DNA of 62,716 nt, the filler included, from Collodictyon triciliatum (taxonomy: Eukaryota), in NCBI GenBank assembly GCA_043381765.1. It is 5 parts of 5 records of this genome, joined end to end, with 100 filler letters (N's around TTAATTAATTAA, not from the genome) between each part and the next. Parts side by side here need not be neighbours in the genome. Positions count along the whole stretch, not along the records: positions 30,388 to 45,478 come from JBHJMP010001723.1; positions 45,579 to 60,666 come from JBHJMP010001724.1; 3 more parts are not named here. One strand, 5' to 3'. Below the pieces are notes generated by a model. It made no database searches. It was not told the DNA's origin and saw only the letters and a list, made by a program, of their open reading frames with translations. Position 1 is the stretch's first letter. The number at the start of each line of letters is the position of its first letter. Below are positions 40,580 to 51,892 of this stretch, piece after piece. Position numbers and translations under genes: made by a program.

Positions 40580-43500
40580 TTTCTGATTTTTTTTTTTTTA
40601 TTCTTCCTTTCAATTTTGTGCGGTTCTATTGTCTGATAAAAAAAAATGAATAATTTATACATCATCAGATTCCTTCAGTTTTTCAATTTCCTGTAAGAGA
40701 TCGATCATTTCTGGTGGCATTCGATCGGTACTGTCTGGATATTTGGAATTCGACAGTAGCTTATCTTAATATTTCTGCTGAGAATTATGTAGAGAATGCA
40801 TTTTTTGGATTCCCTAGGGAATACTTATAAATCCCGGGGTATACAAATCTAATGGGATAGTTGTTCGTAAAAACCTTCAGAAAAAGACTTCAGCAGGATG
40901 GCAGCCGATTTTTGTGTGTTGAAATGAGGAGACATAATTAAGGGATATATCTGTAAAAGAGTAGTTTTTTTTAAAAAAAAATAATAATAAATTAATTAGT
41001 TACACAATCTAAAATTTTCCACCAGGAAGGAAGAAGAAAAAAATACCTGCTGAATAAAATTTGTGTCGAGATACTTTGATTTAGATTGCAGGACAAGTCC
41101 ACACAATTTATTGGTAATATCCTCGACATGAGAAAACTCAGATGGGCTGATGCGTGTGCCTGAAATTCCCAACAAATCATAACGTCAAATTGAGTCTCAA
41201 TGATATTAATGGGTGATTGTGGTATTTGTACATTTCAGTAGTTGATTGATAAAGTCTTGGCTGTAGTCCCGCTTAGGGATGCCCAGTTTGTTGAGGCTAG
41301 AGTAGAGGCGGCACCCGGCCCTTATCATCATGAAGCAATTATCTTTTTGGTTGATTTCCTATTTGAGAATTATGGTATTTATTATGGTTGGACATGCAGA
41401 GGAACTCGACCTGATAGGAAGCAAAAATCAAAATTCAATCATCATACACAACAAATTAGAATCAAAATTCACCATCCATATAGCTTCAAGAATTGAATTA
41501 CTGACATCTGCATCAACATTTATGTTGGATGAAGGGTCGATGTTTTGTGTGACAGTAGAGATTAAAATAGATATCTCAATAAGAAAATCGTTTTCCTAAA
41601 TAATATCCCGGTTTCCATCAGAAAATTCCCAAGTTTCATTCATAATACAATCACGCAGAAATTCCACGGACATTATGATAAATTTCGCGATACCTTAGTG
41701 AGGAGCGTAAATGAGGGACATTTTGAAATCAGGTATACAAGAGAATTGATTGTCCTAACCTAAATTCAAAGAAAATTCCGATGACGTTTTCTTTTTAGCT
41801 CTTTTTTTTTTAAAAAAAAAAAAATCAAATTAATAATAGTTATCATTCAGTTGAAAGTCGCGATGTAAGGAATAATATTGATACATCTGCTTCCTTGAAT
41901 TCATCTAAAGCCTTGAAAAAGCTGGACACAATTTCCGTCCAGCAGAGGATTGAAAATACATCTGAATTACAATCTATTAGTCTTGATAAACGGAGAGGGC
42001 TATGTCTATTATTTTATTTTCAACAATCTTAAATAAAGTCAATAACGTCGTACCACTAGACTTTAGAATTTCTCGGCTGAAGTACCCAATAAAATCCTTT
42101 TTCAAAGCATCGTGGCTTGGAGGCCTTTTATATGCAATAAAAAAATCGAATGGGAACGGCAAAAAAAAAAAAAAAGATTGATGTAACATAATATAACTAT
42201 GTCGTGGGGTTGGTTATGTTTCAAGGATGTATTGCTGATTTATAGATCATATATGATAACTATAATAGATAAACAGACATACCTTTGCAGGTGGTATTGA
42301 TTCATCAAAGTGAAAAGCACGGTCAACCGGGCTCGATACTGTGGAATGTCTTCAAAATCTATTGATAAGGTTAAATTTAACATTAAAAAACAATACTAGT
42401 ACATATGCACACAGAATTCATGCCTGTTAACTCAAATTGATGCTGCCTTCAATGTAAAATTATCTGATTATTCATTTTTTTCAGATTAATAATTATGACT
42501 TCAAAGCAAATAAAGATATAAAAACCTATGATTCTTATGTAATCTTTGCATATCCTCTCTAGCTGCACAGAAGACCAAAGTCCTTTATCTAGGGATGTAG
42601 TAACGAAACAGTGGAATGCTGAGCGGATGTGCTTGGAATCACCATCAACGTTATCAAACTTTGACCAAAGATTGTGGAATATAGCCCACGAGAGACCAGA
42701 TTCTGGATTCAATTCGCCTTCTTCGTAGAATGATGAGGGAATGAGGGTGGTTCTGACAAAATCGCCGAGCCTCGATGAAAGATCTTCTACATGACCGATT
42801 TCCTTGGCGATTTGGCCATCAATAGCTACGGACTCTAGAAAGGAGGCGGCAACAATGCACTCGGGGTAAACCCATTCATCATCGAGAAAGAGGCGACATT
42901 TAAGGGTAGAAAAGTCTTGAGTCAATAAGACAAGCAACTCAAGTAACCTTTTGAAATAAACGAATGACTCTTCGTCAACGTGTCTTGTTGATAATCTGGA
43001 AAAAGTGTTCCATTGTTGCCTCTGTAGTGCTATACGTTTTATTGCTTTTTCCCAATCTATGTGTAAAAATTTATAAGAAAATGATGCTATACATGGGTCG
43101 GGTCGTTATGAACAGGATTGCGTATATATAAGTTTCTGATTATTTTTCATTTAGGATACATACCTTTGCCCCATGTCATGATTTGGTAAGCTGCGTATGA
43201 AGGGCTAGAATTATTGTATAAATAGCAAGTAAATAATTCTCACTCGGTATATTTATTTTTTTAAAAAAAATGCAACAGTAGCTTTTGAACCTGAAATTCT
43301 CATTTTTATTCTGCATGTGCTCCTTCAAGTTTCGTTCCCAAAGCTCAAATACGTTTGCAAGCATTTCTTCGTCAGAAACCTGGATAGAACCGAATCAAAA
43401 TTTTGAGGAGGCGAATGAATAAAACGTAAACTCAGTATCAACCGCAATGTTGTGCGCACATAATCCACCAAAATATGTATACCTGAATTCTTAGTATGCT

Positions 43501-45478
43501 GGCAGAAAATATTTGATTCATGCGCAAGTGCCTTTCGTTTGCTTCCTCAATAAAACTGTATTACAAAAAAAAAAAAATTCATACCATAAGAAATAAAAGA
43601 TATGTTTCATGTTACATTTTGTTCAATTATAATATCTTTTAGTTGAGTTTGATACTACTTCAAGAAAGAAGATGTGGATGGAATGGAGAGATGAGGATAT
43701 TGCATCGGGTAAGATTTTAAGAACTTACCTCTCGTTTTCTGACAATATTTTGATAGCATCCCTGGGAATAGAGAGATTATGCTGAAAAGCGTACTGTGAA
43801 ACTGATATCACAAGTCTTGACCTTTGAAAAAAATCACAAAAAGTGTTCAATATTGGCAAAATTGTTAAGAAAGATTATGCCTTTATTAGACTAACATTAA
43901 TATCAATCTTACAATATTCCTTTTGCAGAAGGATTTTCAGACAGAATGCCAATATGCGACAAAATGGGTTCAACTATGCCATCGATTGGAATATTCTCGC
44001 AATTCTACAATAGAAAAATAAGATAATCGTGTTATAAAGCCAAGATATTTCAGCTGTTCACTAGATAGGATGATATGCACGAAAAATTAATACGTAATCC
44101 CAGAATCTTTACTTGAGTTGAATAAGTCACCAACTCGCATATATTTGTCAAGTATTGTTCCAACTCCTCGGAACAAAGGAGGGATTTTTCTTTTGTGCAG
44201 GTAATACCAGGTTAGCAAAGTGTATGAAATATAGTATTATAAACGAGAAGAGCATGAGGTCACAAACAGGTAATCTTGCGTACCTGGTACTGTCAAGAAG
44301 CGATTTGCAAACGAGACAATTGCGAGCATATCATTCATGGCACTCTGAGAGGAACCCCATGCAACAGGTTGAGCGCATGATAATATGACGCCGCTTAAAA
44401 GGCTACAGCGAAGTGCATAGGCAGATACATGAAGAGAAATCAGCTTCTCCAACAAGGTCATCAGAAGCTTGTAATCAGGCTCAGGGTTAATGACATGTTC
44501 GAGCAATGTCGCCCAATCTTTTGAAACTGGTTTGCGTAATAAGATTTGGGTGAAATTTTCAAAAACATGTTAGCCATATCAGGGGCATTTACACAAATCA
44601 AATGTAAAAATGAATATAACAAATCATATCAAAGGAATCATTACCTAGACTGTCTGTTCCTTCCTGTGCGCTATTGCTCGAAATAATTTCGCATATGTAT
44701 GCTGAAAATACACTGGAAAAAACTGACCAATCACAGTTTTCTTGACGAAGAAAATATATTTTGGTAACTTATTTGACATGGATTATTGAACAGTTAAAGA
44801 CAATTGCATCATGGATTTGTAACAACCGATCTCAAGAAAACCTGCTTCGTCCTTTTTCCATTCAGAGAGCCATGGAAGCATGATATTTTCCATAAAATCT
44901 GCTCTTTCTGCATATAGTGAATAGTTGAAAGATGATTTATATGCGTTTACATCTGATATGCTCTGGTCTGATAATACTGGAATAAAAACTATCATAGAAA
45001 TAGATATAACTAAGTAGAGAATTTGAGACCTTGAACTGGTGATAAGACACGAATACCAAACTTCGTAACCAATGATTGAAAGTGCTCCGCTGAAGAGTCC
45101 GTACCTGTCATACCACAAACAGAACAAAATATGGTTTACTATTTCCTCTTAATTAAAGTCTAGCGAAATGCAATCCCACAAATTATATATAGAAAAGAAA
45201 TGATAAAATAAGAGAACCTCTTTTGATATAGCTGCTGAATGATTTACTAGCAATCAAAGTGACAATTTCATACACCATGGGCTGATGTTGGGATATGATG
45301 GGCGATTTTTTTTGAATGTCCAAATGAGATATAAATAAAAAAAATCGTAAATATAAATTAAATGACACAAAACTACATGCATAAAAATATAGTTATCTTT
45401 TTGAAGAGATTGATATAAAGTACCATGTCCACAACATTATTTATATAGGCTAAGAGGTTGATAATTCTTGAATTCGTG
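38488..45478 (-). CDS. LTN1: E3 ubiquitin ligase listerin (ribosome quality control); N-terminus missing beyond the spacer gap
   Basis: C-terminal RWD-like segment VTIPSTFPFKP...MRRWLL, then ALINWKK, then the RING CIICYSI/VH..KSLPKTQCKTCKNKFHGACLYR/WFNTSNKSTCPLCQ. TGA at 38488-38490. Many upstream helical-repeat exons. Confidence 0.92.
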
Positions 45479-45578
45479 NNNNNNNNNNNNNNNNNNNNNN
45501 NNNNNNNNNNNNNNNNNNNNNNTTAATTAATTAANNNNNNNNNNNNNNNNNNNNNNNNNNNNNNNNNNNNNNNNNNNN

Positions 45579-45740
45579 TTGTTTTTGTTTTTGTTTTTGT
45601 TTTTGTTTTTGTTTTTGTTTTTGTTTTTGTTTTTGTTTTTGTTTTTGTTTTTGTTTTTGTTTTTGTTTTTGTTTTTTTTTGTTTTGTTTTGTTTTGTTTT
45701 GTTTTGTTTTGTTTTGTTTTGTTTTGTTTTGTTTGTTTTT
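45579..45740. repeat. (TTTTTG)/(TTTTG)n microsatellite
   Basis: Read directly from the sequence. Confidence 0.9.
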
Positions 45741-46732
45741 CTTTCGCCATTGAATATCCGAATATGGGCGTAAATCGAACGAGGCTCACGATTGAACAAG
45801 GCTCCTGTTCCTATTTTCTTGTCTTCTGCTCGATATTAGGAATCGGTGGCGCCAAGTGAATCGAATAAAGAAAAAAAAAGTATATTTAGTGGCGCACGCT
45901 GGGATGTTTTTATTCGCGATTGCTCATGACTGAGCCTCGATTGCGTAGTTTGTGCATCACATTTAGTGATACATAGCGCCGTAAATACTGTTTTTTTTTT
46001 TTTTTTGAAGTCTATCAACGACACAGCGCTGCATGCAAATACGCAAATACTCCACTTATGCGAAGATGCATGTTTCTGGCTTGAAGAACAAAGAATTAAT
46101 CAATAGATAATTTTCTCCTCTAATAAATCGACTGGTTCATGCACAAGATTGAGTATTTTTAATCCCTGACAAACAACAAAATGCAGAAAAAAGAATATGG
46201 AAGAAGTTAAGCAGAAACAACCGATGAATAAAAATAAAGCATTTTGAGAATGGGTGGTGGCATTTATAATCACCTGTGAATAAAGGGATTCATACGAGCG
46301 ATGATGTCACTCTGATCCGTATGCAATACTTCTCGATTTGCCTCAGATTCAACCAAGACATATGAATTGTATATTGTCGAATGGCACATACCCGCCCACA
46401 CACGATTTTTTCCTTTATTTTGCACTGGGGTTGTTGAGCTCATTATGCGCTTCAGTTTCACAACGAGTTAATATCCTCTCCTGAATACATATAAATGGGT
46501 AAGGATTTCGCGAATACTCTATTCAGTATCTCAAGCATCGAGAAGTGGCGGAATTACTGCGCTGGGTCAGGCACCGACTCTCTCGACTCTGCGATGCGTG
46601 TGGATTAAGCAAGCCGAAGCACGACTGAGAACCCGCAGTCAGTCCAAGCGCCACCAAGTATTGATAGAAGTCACACCAAATTGACATTCATTTAGCACAC
46701 AAGGGCATCCTATTTGCTCTTCGCCTTTTATT

Positions 46733-46824
46733 AGCGCGTGATGATATCTATTGAAGCTGCCGGAACAGGCTTAGCTGGTCGCTGTGGGCGATAATACCTT
46801 GTGAGGTTGCCGTCTTCTGATGCT
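46733..46824 (+). ncRNA. Candidate box C/D snoRNA (~90 nt)
   Basis: Box C GTGATGA at 46738-46744 and box D CTGA at 46817-46820. The terminal stem AGCG/TGCT has canonical k-turn spacing. Internal CTATTGAAGCTG is complementary (one mismatch) to conserved SSU rRNA CAGCUCCAAUAG. The site is intergenic with no ORF. Confidence 0.5.
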
Positions 46825-46953
46825 TTAATCAGATAAACAACATAAAAACTATGCATCCGCAGTGTCAAATCGTCGTGACCATCCATTTATTTAATTTTTC
46901 TGTTTTTTATTCTGACATTTTTTTTATTGCCGATCTTAATGCAAGTCATGCTA

Positions 46954-47051
<98 letters not shown>

Positions 47052-47103
47052 CATTATTATTATTATCATTATCATTATTATTATTATCATTATCATTATT
47101 ATT
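46954..47103. repeat. (ATT)n microsatellite upstream of the RhoGAP gene
   Basis: Read directly from the sequence. Confidence 0.95.
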
Positions 47104-47204
47104 GCGCCGCTTCGTTTTTCGCTTCAATCGCGCGTTTGTTGACGCCTCAAAGCCGCAGGAAAAGAGAATCACAGAAGCCTCAGACCGCGGATAGTCCCCG
47201 CCTT

Positions 47205-50200
47205 ATGGATCAGATTTTTGAAGGGTATCCGATCAGCATCGTAAGCCGTGCCTCCTTTCTTGCTTTTTTAAAGACTTTCTTTCTTTCTTTCTTCCTTTTT
47301 TTTTTTGAGGGCTTCTTTTTATTAAAGGATGAAGAATCTAAACAATGTGTGAACGGATGTAGTGCCTAGTTGGACACAGCTGTGGAAAGACTTCTCTCAT
47401 CCGTCGATTCTGTGAGAATGAGTTCATCGGGGCGTATTCTCCCTCCCACAGTAGGGTCTTAGCCTCACTTCCATTTCTCTATACCAGAAAAGTAGAGAAG
47501 CCAGATGACTCTCTTATCTTTGAATAGCTCATTCTTCTTTCTTCCTCCTTTCTCCTTGGTTGTGATTTCTTTAAGGGTTTCTTTACAGACTAAAATCACA
47601 AACTCCCCATTCTCTTGAACCAGTCGACAAACTGTCGGTGAAGACAGACTTCTTTGGAAAGGAGGTGACGTTGGTTATCACAGAAATCGGGCAGGGCCTT
47701 GAACATACGATGGAGTATGAGGATGTATGTCACATTCAAAGACTAGGATAGTTACTTCACGCATGCTTTTCATCTACACAGCCTCTATTCTACTTTGACA
47801 AATCTAAATTATATCAGATTTTGTTTTCATGACGTCGTTAGATACGAGGCGAATCGCTTTCTAATACCAGTTTCATATAACCATCCAAAGATAATCCGTG
47901 CGCATAGTTGCTTCATGTTGTGCTACGATGTGAATTCGGTTGAATCCTTTGAATACATTGAGGTTAGTGGATACATCCAGTCGCTGGAGAGAAAAAAACT
48001 TAATATTGCCTGCTTTCGTACCAGATATCTTCGTTTCATCGGTGTAATGTAATAAGTTAAGGCGGTAAATATTCCATAGGATGAATTCACTCACATTAAC
48101 AGACTCAAGTGTCTATCTGTTGAATCCATCTCACAGGGAATCAATTTTGTTCTGGTGGGTATGAAATGTGAGTTGCTGTTTCCTTTCATTTATTGCACAT
48201 AAAGGTTCCAATCACATACATGCCTTTTCCTCCCGAAATCACGCCATTTTCATTAGCTTGTTTATTCGCCACTAATCGTAATCTATGTACTACGAAAAAA
48301 AAAAGTCGATGACCCAGATAGCAAGTTCAATGTAACGACAAAGATGGGCAGAGAGGCTGCTGCTGAGTATTCTTGCCCATTCTATGAGACATCGGTAAAT
48401 TCCTTTCATGTATTAAATATTTGAATATCCTTCTTCAATACCGATATTTATGGAGCACCTTTTCCGGAACAATATAATAAATTCAAATTCATTTTGTTCA
48501 TGGGGTATTTGCAAAGGCGAAAGTTAATTATAATGTCCAAGAAGCTTTCATGTCTTTTGTCACGATGACCTTGGTAAACACGAAAGCTCACTTCGTCGGA
48601 GATACAGCGAAGGAAGGAGAAGTTTTGAGAGTAATCCTTTTTATCTTTTTGTTGTGATTTTTTTTTTAAAAAAAAATTACTTCCTGCATTGAAAAAAATA
48701 CAATTTACGTATATTTTCCTCATATATCCAAAAGAACCGAAAATATTGACTTAAAACCGATAATCAGGTTTCACAAACCAGTCTTTTTCGAAAGATAGGC
48801 TCAGTTCTGTCCCGACCAAAATCCACCACATTCCACATCGAATTGAAAGACAACATGCTGACTTACAGGAAGCAGAAATTGGTTTTTCCCCAAATAATTA
48901 ATTGCTTTGTCCTTTTTATGTCTTTTATCTAAACAACCCAAACGCCTGGGCTCTGTTAGTTCCCAATCCTTGCCAATCTGTTCAGATTGATAAATCGTCC
49001 CAGCAAAATCGAAAAATTTACTCTGTAAATGCATCTAGGGCGCATCTATGAGCACTCTGAACCTCACCACGTCTAAAGTCCATTTATTAACGTATGCTGG
49101 AAATTTGACAGAATAAAATCGTAATACGTAGGTTTGATTTCACTTCTTTATTCTACTAATTGTCTGGCAATTTCATCGGCGTAGCCATGGAGAGGGATAC
49201 TCGTACTTGAAAATCGTCAATGTGAAAGGCGCGAGTCTTATCTTTCGTGGAACAGACGAGGAGCACACAAAAGATTGGCTTGGTGCCATATCAAAGGCTC
49301 AGCATGAAGGTTTTCTGATTAAATTTAATTATATAGTAGAATGCTTAATTATCATATTTAGGAAATTTGAATGTTTCTTTTCTTCGAAGAATAGTGCGAC
49401 AATACCATGATAATATCAAAATCTCCCGTCACCTTGCACAACATTGAAAGGAAGAATAAAAAATTAATAATTGTAATATCTAAATTTAAAATTGAAATAG
49501 ACAGGGTATTTGGCTCACCCTTGGATCGCTACGTCTCGTCTAATCCCAGGGGTGTTAATATGGTCGTATCTAAATGCATTGAATACCTTGTCCTAAAGAA
49601 TGGTTTAGTTTCATAACACTATTCAATTTCGTGAATAATACTTTCTGGAGCCAACGCGTTTAGAGTGTAAACATGCGCCTTTATTATTAATTAGCCACGC
49701 AAGACGTCGGGATATTCAGGCTGTCGGGCTCGTTAGATTCTCTACAGAGAATGAAGGCTAATATCGAGAGAGGTTTTTGTATCTAAAATTAGAGAAGTCT
49801 TGTTGTTTTTCATATTTACACTTTTTCATTTTGATTTTCATGTTCATAACAAGATTTTCTATTGTAATTGAAAGTAAAAAAAAAAAAAAAAATGAATCCC
49901 AGACCGTGAGCGGGTGAACTTATCTGCCGAAACAGATGTAAATGCTGTCGCAGGACTCTTGAAAGCTTACTTGAGAGAATTGCCCGACCCCTTATTCCCA
50001 GATATCATCTCAGCGGAACTGTGTAACGCAAAAGGTGAAATCATAAGCATTCCTCTAGTCTTTCTGGTCACTCGATACCTGATATCTCCATTTAAATATC
50101 ATTTGATTTTTTCCCCTAAGCATCGAAGAAATATAAATTCAAATTGCGTGAAACAGATATACCTAGCCGTCTCAACCGATTCTCAAAATATGAGGAAATT

Positions 50201-51519
50201 CTTCGATTAATGTCGCAAGTACTTTTTGCAGAATCATGAAAAATTAAAAACAAAATCAAAAACAATGGAAAAAAAACAATCCGATATCAAAATAACTCGT
50301 TCATTCGCCCCCAACACTACGTTTAATTGTGTTCATGATAATTTATTGTGACCGTTGATTGAATATGTGTTTTTTTTTTTAGGTGAACTTTGCCACAATT
50401 CGCCATTTAGTTTGGTTTTTGCATCATATACATCGAAATAGCGACAAGAACAAAATGGATGCAGTGTGTATTTCATACTTTTTATAAAAAAAAATATATA
50501 TACAATAGATAAGAGCCAACAGATGACAAATTTTCATTTTAAGATTGTTTCCTAATCATTGAATTAATTGACACAGAGAAATTTGGCTATGGTTATGTCC
50601 CCAAATATATTCCCAGTAAGTGAGGAATCGCCCTTTGCGAAATCGAAGTTGAATATATCATTGAAATCTTAAAAATAGAATAATTAAACAGGTAATAAGT
50701 TCCGTTATTTTTTTATAGATGCCAGCCGAGAACGACCCAACGCTAGTAGTAAAGTTAAGAAAGTATGTACCGGTGTTTCGTGAATTCATAGAGTACCATG
50801 ATTTGATATTCAACCAACAGGTTTGAATAATTTATTAAAAGTATTTCTTATATTTATTCGTTACATTATTTTAAGTTGTATAGGAATTTATGATTTTGAT
50901 GGTTGATTGTTGTATGCACCCTTTACTTTTAGTCTGTGTGTTTATATTCCTAATATTTTTATTATTGCAAAGTCATCCCAACGCTCAAATAACGCATCGA
51001 CCGTCGCTATCTCAAATACCGCATCCCAAGTGCGTGCCCAACGAAGAAAAGCGAGTCTCTATCCGTAAGTTTATTAACTTACATTGAAGGAGATAAAAAA
51101 AAATAAGAATGAATGAAAAACAAAAAGAAAAGAAATAGAAAAGAAAGATGGAAATGAAATATCAGTGAATTGATCTATTAGTAGCACAACGAATGATGCT
51201 ATATCTTCACCATACCCCGGTTTCAATAGCCATTTTTTTGCATCGAGCTTTGACCAGCAAGCAGACGCCCCCAGCGCCGCGTCTACCCTTCCACAGTTTT
51301 TGATGATGGAATCTGCACCCGAGGTGGTGAGCTCATTAGAGATGAAGAGAAAAAGAAATCACATTAACACAGCGAGATAGATTAATTGCACCAGACACAT
51401 TCACTAACACGGCCACCCTTGCACAACCCCAGAGCCGCCGTGTTTCCCGCAGCTTTTCCCAGGTTCTGATTGAGCGAGAGGACGTGAATGTTGGCAGCTT
51501 CCTTTCTAAAGAATCATAA
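47205..51519 (+). CDS. Multi-exon Ras-like (degenerate GTPase)-PH-RhoGAP protein; exons after 50820 uncertain
   Basis: GTPase fold: MDQIFEGYPISI/CLVGHSCGKTSLIRRFCENEF...LVITEIGQ...FMLCYDVNSVESF...FVLVGMK/FD...CPFYETS/AKVNYNVQEAF. PH: KEGEVLR...LIFRGTDEEHTKDWLGAI. RhoGAP with arginine finger: VFGSPL...GIFRLSG...AGLLKAYLRELPDPLF...NKMDA/RNLAMVMSPNIF...FIEYHDLIF. Confidence 0.85.
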
Positions 51520-51892
51520 TCCAAGAGGCCTCCAGCCCGTATCTCATCTTCACAAGGGACAATAGATGGAAGAAGAGAAAGAAAAAGGGATTCGTGGCGC
51601 TGCACTTGCCCTTTTTCCTTTTGGTGTTGTTTTACTTTCTCTTGGCATGTCTCAACTTGCCAAACACATTCTCTCATCGCCTGCACTCACAACCTGTCAC
51701 TATTCCCGGTTAATGCGTCCCACCACACGTCAAAACCACGACGCCCAACAAATCGCATCAGTCCTTTTGTTTTCTATTTCTTTTGATTCTGGAGACGCTT
51801 GTTAGGTATATAAACATATATAAAAAAAAAGAAAAAGAAAAAGAAAAAGAAACCAAACAAAGAAACTTGCTCACAAAGGCCAACCAGCTCCG

